Of a stretch of DNA of 54,709 bases, positions 43,818 to 51,858 are shown piece after piece (the stretch's first letter is position 1; each line of letters starts with the position of its first letter). A program made the position numbers and the translations under genes. This stretch comes from Candidatus Coatesbacteria bacterium (lineage in GTDB: Bacteria > RBG-13-66-14 > B26-G2 > WVWN01): positions 1,336,863-1,391,571 of the forward strand of contig CP070633.1 in the NCBI GenBank assembly GCA_020356085.1. Direction: 5' to 3'. The notes under the pieces are model-generated. The model worked only from the letters and a program-made list of their open reading frames with translations, ran no database searches and was not told the DNA's origin.

Positions 43818-44897
43818 ATGGTTCGTCCACGCCGCGCGATCCTGATTATGGCCGGCGGCCGAGGTACGAGGCTCTGGCCGTTGTCCCGCCGCGACCGCCC
43901 CAAGCAGTTCCTCTCGCTGGTTACGGACCGTACGTTGATCGAGGATACGTACGAGCGCGTAGCGCCGCTGGTGGAGGCCTCGCGGGTCTACGTCGTCGCG
44001 GAGGAGGACCTGCTGCTGCGAGCTCGGCCGCTTTTAGCTTCGGTACCCTTCGGGAACTTCCTCGCGGAACCGGCCGCCCGCAATACGTGGCCGTGCTGCG
44101 TGCTGGGGACGTTGGAAATCGCCGACCGCCTGGGCGCGAAGGCGACGGTACTGGTTCTCCCTGCGGACCACGCCGTCGGCAACGAGGAGGCTTTTCGGGA
44201 GGCGCTGGAGGTCGGATTCCAGCGGGCGGAGGAGGGGGCCGTCGTTACGTTCGGCTTGCGGCCCGACCGGCCGGAGACCGGTTACGGGTACGTAAAATGC
44301 GGGTCCGTCTTGCGGGAGGCGCCGCCCCGTCTCCGGGAGGGACTTGCTTTTAAAGAGAAGCCGGACGAGGCCGCCGCCCGCGCCTACGTCGATTCCGGCG
44401 ATTACCTGTGGAATAGCGGCATGTTCGTCTGGCGGGCGGACCGATTTTTGGCACTGGCCGAGGAGTGCCGGCCCGACCAGTCAGAAATCGCGCGGCGGCT
44501 CCGAAAGCCGCTGGCCGCCGGCGACGGCGCCAAAGTGGCGGCGCTGTACGACGAACTGGACGCCACCTCCGTCGACTACGCCTTCATGGAGCAGCTCCCG
44601 GCGTTTGACGTCGTCGAAACGGACTGCGCGTGGGATGACATCGGGTCCTTTGACGCGCTCGAGCGCGTGTTGGCCCGGGACGAACGCGGCAACGTCCGGC
44701 GGGGCGAGGTGTATCAGTTGGAGGGAGTGGGGAACGTCGTCTTGGCTGCGGGCGGCCGGCCGGTGGTATTGTTCGGCGTGGACAATAACGTCGTCGTCGA
44801 CGCGGGAGACGTCGTGCTCGTCTATCCCAAGGGCGCCGGCCAGCGCGTCCGGGAGGTCGTAGAGTTGTTCGAGGCCGAGAAGCCGGATTTGACCTAA
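43818..44897 (+). CDS. Mannose-1-phosphate guanylyltransferase (nucleotidyltransferase domain only)
   Basis: ILIMAGGRGTRLWPLSRRDRPKQFL and GYGYV motifs. 359 aa, with no C-terminal isomerase domain. Confidence 0.8.
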   Translation: MVRPRRAILIMAGGRGTRLWPLSRRDRPKQFLSLVTDRTLIEDTYERVAPLVEASRVYVVAEEDLLLRARPLLASVPFGNFLAEPAARNTWPCCVLGTLEIADRLGAKATVLVLPADHAVGNEEAFREALEVGFQRAEEGAVVTFGLRPDRPETGYGYVKCGSVLREAPPRLREGLAFKEKPDEAAARAYVDSGDYLWNSGMFVWRADRFLALAEECRPDQSEIARRLRKPLAAGDGAKVAALYDELDATSVDYAFMEQLPAFDVVETDCAWDDIGSFDALERVLARDERGNVRRGEVYQLEGVGNVVLAAGGRPVVLFGVDNNVVVDAGDVVLVYPKGAGQRVREVVELFEAEKPDLT

Positions 44898-44914
44898 GGA
44901 AGGTTACCGCGCGG

Positions 44915-44939
44915 AGCGGGCCGCCGGGCCCGCTTTTTT
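44915..44939 (+). terminator. Intrinsic terminator after the guanylyltransferase gene
   Basis: AGCGGGCC / GGCCCGCT 8-bp stem, 4-nt loop, T6 run. The T-run overlaps the stop codon of the convergent cytochrome gene. Confidence 0.55.
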
Positions 44940-46266
44940 AGTGGGCAACGCGCCCGCGGTAAGTCGCGAAGTCGAAAGCGGGGCTGCGTTCGTTGTCGTG
45001 GCACCGGAGGCAGGTGTCCTCGGGAACAGAAAGGAGCGCGAGCGTCGGCGAGGAGGCGTGGCCCTCGCCCGGGCCGTGGCACTCCTCGCAGCCGACGTCG
45101 ACCTGCACCTCCTCCTTCGCCTCCGCGTCGAAGCCGCCGCGGTAGCCGTAGCCCGTGACGTGGCACGCTACGCACTCCGGGTCTCGTTCGCGGCCGGCGG
45201 CGGCGAGCGAGGCGTAGGCGGAGGCGTGGCCGGTACCACGCCACTGCTCGTTTTGGGAGGGGTGGCAGCCGGCGCACGCCGCCGCGCCGACGTAGACGAA
45301 GCCCCCCGCCGGGACCTCCTCCGGCGGCCGCAAGAGCTTTTTCTCGGCCACCAAGACCCGTAGCCCCTCGTAGTATTTCTCGACCAGCAGTTGAGCGTGC
45401 TCCTCTTTCGCGGTTTCCCTAGTAACGGGTATGACTTGATTCTCCGCGGCGACGACGTCGCCCTCGTCGTCCACCGCAAGTTTTAACACGCCCACGTAGC
45501 GGTTGCGGCTGCGGGTATAGACCATCCAGCGGCCTTTGATCGACTCCGCTTGCGGCGTGCGGCCGCCCCGGTGGCCCGCGACGACGACGTCGATTTCCTT
45601 GGGGGAGCGGGAGGCAAATTCGCGCGCCTTGTCGACGTTGCCGATATGCGCCAGGCACACAATGACGTCGACCTGGGTCGCCAATTCTTTCATCGCCCGC
45701 TTCAATTCCGGGCCATACGGTTTTATTTCGGCGCCGCCCAGGTCCTTACCGGCCGCGAGTTCCGGGTTGACGAAGCCGACGAGCCCCACGGCGACGCCTC
45801 CCCGTTCCACGATTACAAAGGGAGGTGCCAGCGGCGCGCCGCCCTCGTCGACGACGTTGGCCGAGATGACGGGGAGGTCGTACGCCTCGGCGAGGGAGGT
45901 GAAGAAGTCGAGGCCGAAAATGAATTCGTCCTCTCCCAGGTTGACGGCGTCGTAGCCGAACGTCCCGTACGCCTCCGCCGAGATCTCGCTTTTAAGGCGG
46001 GCCTGTTCGCCGGCGACGGGGCTGAAGAAGTCGCCGACGTCAACGAAGATCGCCTCCGGGTATTTGCCTCGGAAGAGGTCGACGAGCGTGGCGCGCCGGG
46101 CCAGGCCGCCGTACGCCAGGAGGTTGCAGCCGCACGATTCGATCTCGGCGCCGCTGTCGCCGGTATAGAGGAGGATCAGCTCGCGGGAGGCGGGGACGTC
46201 GCCGGCGCCGCACACCGCAAACGCGGCCGCGCCGCAGGCGAGCGCTGTTTTGAGAAGCCGGGTCAC
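44938..46266 (-). CDS. Secreted fusion: degenerate metallophosphoesterase/5'-nucleotidase-like domain + C-terminal tetraheme cytochrome c (c554-like)
   Basis: Signal peptide. LLYTGDSGAEIESCGC and VDVGDFF stand in place of the DxH/GDxxD motifs. Four CxxCH sites: CAGCH, CVACH, CEECH, CLRCH. Confidence 0.65.
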   Translation of the reverse strand: MTRLLKTALACGAAAFAVCGAGDVPASRELILLYTGDSGAEIESCGCNLLAYGGLARRATLVDLFRGKYPEAIFVDVGDFFSPVAGEQARLKSEISAEAYGTFGYDAVNLGEDEFIFGLDFFTSLAEAYDLPVISANVVDEGGAPLAPPFVIVERGGVAVGLVGFVNPELAAGKDLGGAEIKPYGPELKRAMKELATQVDVIVCLAHIGNVDKAREFASRSPKEIDVVVAGHRGGRTPQAESIKGRWMVYTRSRNRYVGVLKLAVDDEGDVVAAENQVIPVTRETAKEEHAQLLVEKYYEGLRVLVAEKKLLRPPEEVPAGGFVYVGAAACAGCHPSQNEQWRGTGHASAYASLAAAGRERDPECVACHVTGYGYRGGFDAEAKEEVQVDVGCEECHGPGEGHASSPTLALLSVPEDTCLRCHDNERSPAFDFATYRGRVAH

Positions 46267-46267
46267 C

Positions 46268-47677
46268 TTAATATCCTAGTTCGGCGAGGTGGCGCCGAAG
46301 GGCCGCGGCCTCGCCGCGGTCGTCGAACGCGCCGGCGTAAACGCGGTACCGCGGCCCCTCCGCGGCTTTGATGAAGACGCGGGCGCCGGAGCGCGAGGCA
46401 ACCTCTTTGGCCAGGAGGTAAGCGTGTCGGCGCGGAACGCTATCCTTCAACCGAACGGCGAACTTCGACTCGCCCCGAAGGTATACGGGCACGACCTCGG
46501 CGGCGGTCGCGACGACGACCTCCTCCCGCCAGGGCATTTCCGGCGGGAGGGCCGGTTCGGAGAAGGCGTACTCGCGGAGCGCCTGTGCGACGAGCGCCTC
46601 CTCCAGCAGTAACCCTTTGGAGGAGAATACTACGATACCGTCGGCGCCGGCCTCGCGGGCCGCGCTCGCTTTCGCGGCCATCTCGACGCCGATAGTCTCG
46701 TCGAAGTTTTGCGCGCCGACCTCCGGAACCATAATCCCGGCGTATATGTGGCGGCCGGAGGCGACGCTCACCGCGTCCTCCACTTGTCGCCGTACGACGG
46801 CGGCGTCGCGGCTGTACGCCATCGGCAGGATCGCGTCGACGGACCCCTCCTCCAACCACTCCGTCCAGTCCTGGAGGCAGGAGTTGTACGCCGTGCCGGT
46901 CCGGGAGGCGAAGACGGCCGCGGTCAGGCGGCAGGAGGGGCGGACGGCGGCCACGCGCTCGTACAGGCGCCGCACGAACTCGCCGATCCGGCGGCGGCGC
47001 CAGGAGGCGAAGGCGGCGGCGTCGGCGAGGGTGTGACCCGTTTCCTTTTGGTAAAGCTCTATCGCGCGCGGGTGGCGGCCGAAGTCGGGGGAGGGATATC
47101 GCACGTAGTCGAGGTGCAGGCCGTCGACGTCGTAATTCGCGACGATATCCGAGAAGACGTCGGCGAGGTAGACGTGAACTTCCGGCAGCGCGGGCTCGAG
47201 CCACGCCATCCCCCACGGGTCCCACTGCTCGCCGCGGCCGTTCTGGCTGAGCCACTCCGGATGTTCGACGGCCGGGTGGCCGGGAGGCGTGGGCGTTTTG
47301 CGATTTTGGACGACGAACGTAGTGACCCAGGCGTGGACTTGGAGATCGGCGGCGTGTCCCCGGGCGACTAGCTCCTCCAGCGGGTCGAAGTCGGCCGGCG
47401 TACCGGCCAGGTGGGGCGAGCGGGGCTCGGGATTCGGGAACTCGGTGGTGCGTTTGTTGGGTACGTAGAGGGCGTCGCCGCGGTAACGGACCTCGAAGAA
47501 CAGCGCGTTGAAGTTGTACTGCTTGGCCGCGGCGACGACGCGTTCGACCGCCGCCGGCGAGTTCATCTCCCACGGGCAGACCCACATCCCCCGTAATTCC
47601 TCGGCGGCCTGGCCGCCCGCGGGCAGCAACGCGCCCAAGGCAACGACGACGAGAACTGGTAACCGTACCGTCATCAT
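46268..47677 (-). CDS. Glycoside-hydrolase-like family 10 (GHL10/DUF187) protein with a C-terminal SPOR-like domain
   Basis: Signal peptide, LRGMWVCPWEMNS...NFNALFFEVRYRGDALY. C-terminal FAVRLKDS...YRVYAGAFDDRGEAAALRRHL is SPOR-like. Confidence 0.7.
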   Translation of the reverse strand: MMTVRLPVLVVVALGALLPAGGQAAEELRGMWVCPWEMNSPAAVERVVAAAKQYNFNALFFEVRYRGDALYVPNKRTTEFPNPEPRSPHLAGTPADFDPLEELVARGHAADLQVHAWVTTFVVQNRKTPTPPGHPAVEHPEWLSQNGRGEQWDPWGMAWLEPALPEVHVYLADVFSDIVANYDVDGLHLDYVRYPSPDFGRHPRAIELYQKETGHTLADAAAFASWRRRRIGEFVRRLYERVAAVRPSCRLTAAVFASRTGTAYNSCLQDWTEWLEEGSVDAILPMAYSRDAAVVRRQVEDAVSVASGRHIYAGIMVPEVGAQNFDETIGVEMAAKASAAREAGADGIVVFSSKGLLLEEALVAQALREYAFSEPALPPEMPWREEVVVATAAEVVPVYLRGESKFAVRLKDSVPRRHAYLLAKEVASRSGARVFIKAAEGPRYRVYAGAFDDRGEAAALRRHLAELGY

Positions 47678-47725
47678 CCTCCCATGATACTTTAAACGGC
47701 GAGGCGACGCAATTTTTAATTGGTA

Positions 47726-47755
47726 TTGCGGGCGGCGGGGAGGGGGTGTTATATT
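47726..47755 (+). promoter_or_regulatory. Promoter-like element placed for a leaderless transcript of the GT-C/TPR gene
   Basis: TTGCGG (47726-47731), 18-nt spacer, TATATT (47750-47755), then exactly 6 nt before ATG 47762. No SD. Confidence 0.4.
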
Positions 47756-47761
47756 GCCTCG

Positions 47762-49942
47762 ATGGAGCGCGACGAGCGAGCGCAGCCTTGGACGCGGGCC
47801 GACTGGATCTGTTTGGCCGGCGTGGCCCTCTGGGCCGCGGCGTTGCGGGTCCTACTGGTAATCACAGCCGGCGATCACGCCTATTTCCAAATCCCGGTCA
47901 TGGATATGGCGTATCACGACACGTGGGCGCGGCGGATTGCCGGGGGCGACTTTTGGGGCACCGAGGCTTTCTTTCGCGCGCCGCTCTACCCATATTTTCT
48001 GGCGCTCCTGTACAAAATAGTCCACGGGTCGACGTTCGGCGCCCGCCTCCTCCAGGCCGGCGTCGGCGGCGGCAGTGCTGCGCTGTGTTTTCTAGCGGGG
48101 CGGGAGTTTTTCGACCGCCGCGTCGGCGCCGCGGCCGCGGCGGCGTTAGCGACGCTGTGGACGGCCGTCTATTTCGACGTGGAGCTGCTCCTCGTCGTCT
48201 TGGAAATCCCGCTGGGTTTGGCGTTTATCTACGCCGTCGGACGCGCTCTCCGGCAAGCGAGCGTCGGTTGGGCGGCGGCTGCGGGGGCGGCGCTGGGGCT
48301 GGGCGCAATTACGCGGCCCAACGTCCTCGTCGTCGGCGCCGTTATCTGGCTCGCGTTCGTCGCCGCCCGGCGGCTTCGCCGTCTCTCGGGTCGGCGTATT
48401 CTGGGAATGCTCGCCGTTCTGTACGCGGTGGCGGGGGCGTTCGTCGCCGCGACGGGCGTGCGCAACTACCTCGTCGCGCGGGAGCCGGTACTGATTTCGT
48501 GGCAGGGGGGCGTCAACCTGTGGATCGGCAACAACCCCGAAGCTGACGGCATGACGGCGATCGCGCCGGGGACGTACGGCGACTGGTGGCGCGGCCACTA
48601 CGAGACGATCCGCATGGCGGAGGAGGCTCAGGGAAGGCCGCTGTCGCGGGCGGAGATCGACCGTTACTACGTGCGGCGCACCGTCGAATTCTTCCGGAGA
48701 GACACGGCCCGTGCGCTAAAGCTCCTCGGCCGCAAGGCCTACATCTATACCAACGCGTACGAGGTCGCGAACAATTTCGACCTTTATTATTTGAAAAACG
48801 AGTTCAAGGTGCTCCGTTACAACCCGCTGAGCCTGTACGTAATTCTCCCGCTGGCGTTCTTCGGCGTCGGCGCGTGTCTCCGCGAGTGGCGCCGCCTCGC
48901 CTCGCTCTATCTCTTCGTCGCCGCGTACTCCGTCTCGGTGATACTCTTTTTCGTCAACGCCCGCTTCCGGATGCCGGTGGTGCCGTATCTGTGCATTTTC
49001 GCGGCCGCGGCCTTTTTCTACTTGTGGGACCGCCTCCGCCGGTGGCGCCGGCGCCAGATCCTCTGGCGGGTGGGGGCGCTCGGCGCGCTGTTCCTCTTCT
49101 GCGACGCCGACCCGTTCGGCATCGGGAACCGCTCCGGCTACGAGTCCCAGGCTCACTATACGATGGGCAGCATCTACCTGGCGCGAGGGGATCTGGAGGC
49201 GGCGGAGGCCGAATACCTGGCGGCGCTGGAAATCCGCGGCGGCCTTGCCACCGCGGACGCGCTCAACGACCTCGGCATCGTCTCGGCCCGGCGGGGCGAC
49301 TACAAGCGGGCGGAGTATTATTTCCGCCGCGCCGTCGAATACCAACCCGACTACGCCAAAGGCTGGAACAACCTCGGCAACCTCGCCGCCGAACGGGGCG
49401 ATGCGGAGACCGCGCGGGAACATTACGAACACGCGCTGACGGTAGATCCCGAGGACAGCCGTGCTTACTACTTCCTGGGGAAGCTTTTGCTGGCGGAGGG
49501 CGACGCCTCCGGCGCCCGCGAAAACTTCGAACGCGCGGTGTACTTTCAACCGAACTTCGCCGCGGCTTGGTACGAGCTCGGTGGCTTGGCCCGCGCCGAC
49601 GGCGACCACGACGCTGCGGCCCGCTGCTACGCCGAGGTCCTTCGATTCTTACCGGAATCGGCGGAGGCCCGGCTGGCACTGGCCGGTGCGCTGCACCAAA
49701 AGGGCGATTACGCCGGCGCGGCGCGGGAGTACCGCGCGTTGTTGGCGCGAGGCGAAGACGCGCGTGCCCGCTACAACCTCGCGTGTGCGCTGGCTCGCCA
49801 GGGCCGGCCGGAGGAGGCCATGGCGGAGCTGGGTCGCGCGGTGGCGCTGGCGCCGGAGCGGTATCGGGAAATGGCCGCGGCGGACGGGGATTTAGCGTCG
49901 TTGCGCGGCCGGCCCGACTTCGAGCGGCTGGTAAGTCCGTAA
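47762..49942 (+). CDS. GT-C fold membrane glycosyltransferase (GT39/ArnT-like) fused to about 7-8 TPR repeats
   Basis: FFRAPLYPYFLALLY-type GT39-like membrane domain followed by TPRs (GWNNLGNLAAERGDAETAREHYEHALTVDPEDSRAYYFLG...). ATG 47762 is preferred over the track start. Confidence 0.7.
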   Translation: MERDERAQPWTRADWICLAGVALWAAALRVLLVITAGDHAYFQIPVMDMAYHDTWARRIAGGDFWGTEAFFRAPLYPYFLALLYKIVHGSTFGARLLQAGVGGGSAALCFLAGREFFDRRVGAAAAAALATLWTAVYFDVELLLVVLEIPLGLAFIYAVGRALRQASVGWAAAAGAALGLGAITRPNVLVVGAVIWLAFVAARRLRRLSGRRILGMLAVLYAVAGAFVAATGVRNYLVAREPVLISWQGGVNLWIGNNPEADGMTAIAPGTYGDWWRGHYETIRMAEEAQGRPLSRAEIDRYYVRRTVEFFRRDTARALKLLGRKAYIYTNAYEVANNFDLYYLKNEFKVLRYNPLSLYVILPLAFFGVGACLREWRRLASLYLFVAAYSVSVILFFVNARFRMPVVPYLCIFAAAAFFYLWDRLRRWRRRQILWRVGALGALFLFCDADPFGIGNRSGYESQAHYTMGSIYLARGDLEAAEAEYLAALEIRGGLATADALNDLGIVSARRGDYKRAEYYFRRAVEYQPDYAKGWNNLGNLAAERGDAETAREHYEHALTVDPEDSRAYYFLGKLLLAEGDASGARENFERAVYFQPNFAAAWYELGGLARADGDHDAAARCYAEVLRFLPESAEARLALAGALHQKGDYAGAAREYRALLARGEDARARYNLACALARQGRPEEAMAELGRAVALAPERYREMAAADGDLASLRGRPDFERLVSP

Positions 49943-49954
49943 GAGGTGAGCGGT

Positions 49955-50443
49955 ATGTTGGAGTGGAATCCCGAGGTATCGATGGGCAACGTCATCCTGG
50001 GGTCTTTGTTGCTCTTGACGTTCGTCGGTCTGATTTTTAATTACGTCCAAATGCGAAAGAGTTGGCGGCAGAAGCGCGCGGAGTTTTTAATCACGCTCGC
50101 GCGGGAATACGTTTTGGACCGGGACCTGGCCGAGTTGTATTATCAAATCGACTACGAGAAATTCCAATTCGACGAGAGCATTCTGGATAGCGATCAGGAG
50201 AGGAAGCTCGACAAGCTGCTCTACATGTACGAGAACATCGCGCGGGTTTACGTCATGGACAACCTCAATAAAGCGGATATTAAATACTTCGCCTTCCGCT
50301 TCATCCGCGTTTACCAGAGCGCCGAGGTGAAGAAATACCTCGCCTTCCTCAACAGCGCGTACGGCGAAAAGTTGACCGTCAAGCCGTTCGAGGCCTTCCA
50401 GAAGGTCGGGCCGATACTCGAAAAGGAATTCTCGCGGCGGTAA
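49955..50443 (+). CDS. Small N-terminally anchored protein of unknown function; markedly lower GC than its neighbours
   Basis: GAGGTG 5 nt before ATG 49955. One TM helix (VILGSLLLLTFVGLIFNYV), then a helical Lys/Glu/Tyr-rich domain. A/T-ending codons are common, unlike flanking genes. Confidence 0.55.
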   Translation: MLEWNPEVSMGNVILGSLLLLTFVGLIFNYVQMRKSWRQKRAEFLITLAREYVLDRDLAELYYQIDYEKFQFDESILDSDQERKLDKLLYMYENIARVYVMDNLNKADIKYFAFRFIRVYQSAEVKKYLAFLNSAYGEKLTVKPFEAFQKVGPILEKEFSRR

Positions 50444-50463
50444 CGGTAAGCAGGTAGAGGCGT

Positions 50464-50493
50464 AAAAAAACCGCCGGCGGGGCCGGCGGTTTT
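50464..50493. terminator. Bidirectional intrinsic terminator shared by the convergent genes
   Basis: A7 run, CCGCCGG (50471-50477) / CCGGCGG (50483-50489) stem, 5-nt loop, T4 run. Confidence 0.65.
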
Positions 50494-50514
50494 CTTATTG
50501 TGATCCGCTCGCGT

Positions 50515-51615
50515 TTAAACCAGGGCCCGCGCGCCCTCCAGGATGTCGTTTAGGAGCATGGAGGAGGTCGCGAAATAGCCGCCGCCGAAAACGCACGCGA
50601 GGATTACGATGATGATTATGACGATTAAGACGAGGACTATCGCGATTACGACCTTGGCCTTGCTTATCGGTTTCTTGCCGGTCACGGCGCCCGTAACGCC
50701 GTCCATCAGGCAGTTGTAGGGTTTGGCCTTGTAGGAGTACGTCACCCACCAGACCGGGTGGTAGGAGAGGCGGGCCGTAAGGTCGGAGAGTTGCGTACTG
50801 CAAGTGCCGAGGCGTTCCACCTCGCCCTCACAGGCCGTGCGCTCGAGTTCCTCCACTCTCATCTTGGCGCGGCGCTGTGCCTCCGCCGCGTCGAAGGTGG
50901 GCCGCTCCAGCGGGTAGTCGTCGTCCTTGGCCGCCTGGCTCAGCGGCAGCGCGCCCTCGTCGTTCGTGAAGTTGCCGGGGTCGCCGGTGAGTTGGTCGAA
51001 GTCCCCCTGCGTCACGCTGCCGGAGCCGACGATCGCGAGGCGGTAGTGGCCGGTCCGCGTCCCGGAGGTGGGGTGCCACTCCTTGTACGGTTCCTGGGCC
51101 TGGTAAGTTTCGCGGCGGCCCTGGGCGTTAGTGCGCGTCCGCGTTACGGTGCGGTGGTGGGTGGTGCTGTATTGGCCGCTCCAGTTCGAGGAGGCCTCGC
51201 ACGCGCAGATATATAGCGGGATATATTTCGCGTCGATTTTCGTGACCGCGGCGGCCGTGTCGGCGTCGGAGGCGGTGAAGACGCCCTCGTTGAGCCACTT
51301 GTTCAGGTGCTCCAGCATGTTGCTTTGGAAGACCCTGATCGGCGCGAGGTATTCCGCCACCTCCGGTTTGGGGCCCGCGGCCACGGTCGGCGGCAGGAGA
51401 TAGCGCGCGCCGCAGTAGTCGCACACCGCCTCCGCCATCCCAGCCTGCAGGTCGATGGTGCCGCCGCACCCGGCGCATTTCAGGCTAATGAGTTTTTCGG
51501 CCGCTTTAAGGGCGAGGACGTCGGCGCCGCAGCTCGAACATTTGACGGCCTTCCCCTCTTCGGTCTCCGGGTACGTTATCGGCGCGTCGCACTTGGGGCA
51601 ATTTACCTCGGGCAT
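50515..51615 (-). CDS. Double zinc-ribbon protein with a C-terminal transmembrane anchor, unknown function
   Basis: AAGGAGG SD. CPKC...CSSC and CAGC...CDYC ribbons, a central beta-rich region, and a C-terminal TM helix (VVIAIVLVLIVIIIIVILACVF). Confidence 0.6.
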   Translation of the reverse strand: MPEVNCPKCDAPITYPETEEGKAVKCSSCGADVLALKAAEKLISLKCAGCGGTIDLQAGMAEAVCDYCGARYLLPPTVAAGPKPEVAEYLAPIRVFQSNMLEHLNKWLNEGVFTASDADTAAAVTKIDAKYIPLYICACEASSNWSGQYSTTHHRTVTRTRTNAQGRRETYQAQEPYKEWHPTSGTRTGHYRLAIVGSGSVTQGDFDQLTGDPGNFTNDEGALPLSQAAKDDDYPLERPTFDAAEAQRRAKMRVEELERTACEGEVERLGTCSTQLSDLTARLSYHPVWWVTYSYKAKPYNCLMDGVTGAVTGKKPISKAKVVIAIVLVLIVIIIIVILACVFGGGYFATSSMLLNDILEGARALV

Positions 51616-51725
51616 CGCGGGACCTCCTTAACGTTAACGCCGGAAACTATCATATCGGCCCTGCCAAGTCAAAGCGAAAAACGGCGGGCTGGAAGGTCGG
51701 CGATTGCGGCGCCCGGAAAACGGCC

Positions 51726-51755
51726 TTGACGTGCCGCCCCCTCCGGGTTTATATT
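51726..51755 (+). promoter_or_regulatory. Promoter-like element about 100 nt upstream of the octaheme cytochrome gene
   Basis: TTGACG (51726-51731), 18-nt spacer, TATATT (51750-51755). Confidence 0.45.
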
Positions 51756-51858
51756 GTACATAATTAAATACGTTAACTTCGCCGGCGGTAAGGCCTTCGC
51801 AACTCGGGAGGCAAAACAGGGCGCGGACGGCGGAGGCGCGGCGGCTGGAGGAGGCCCC

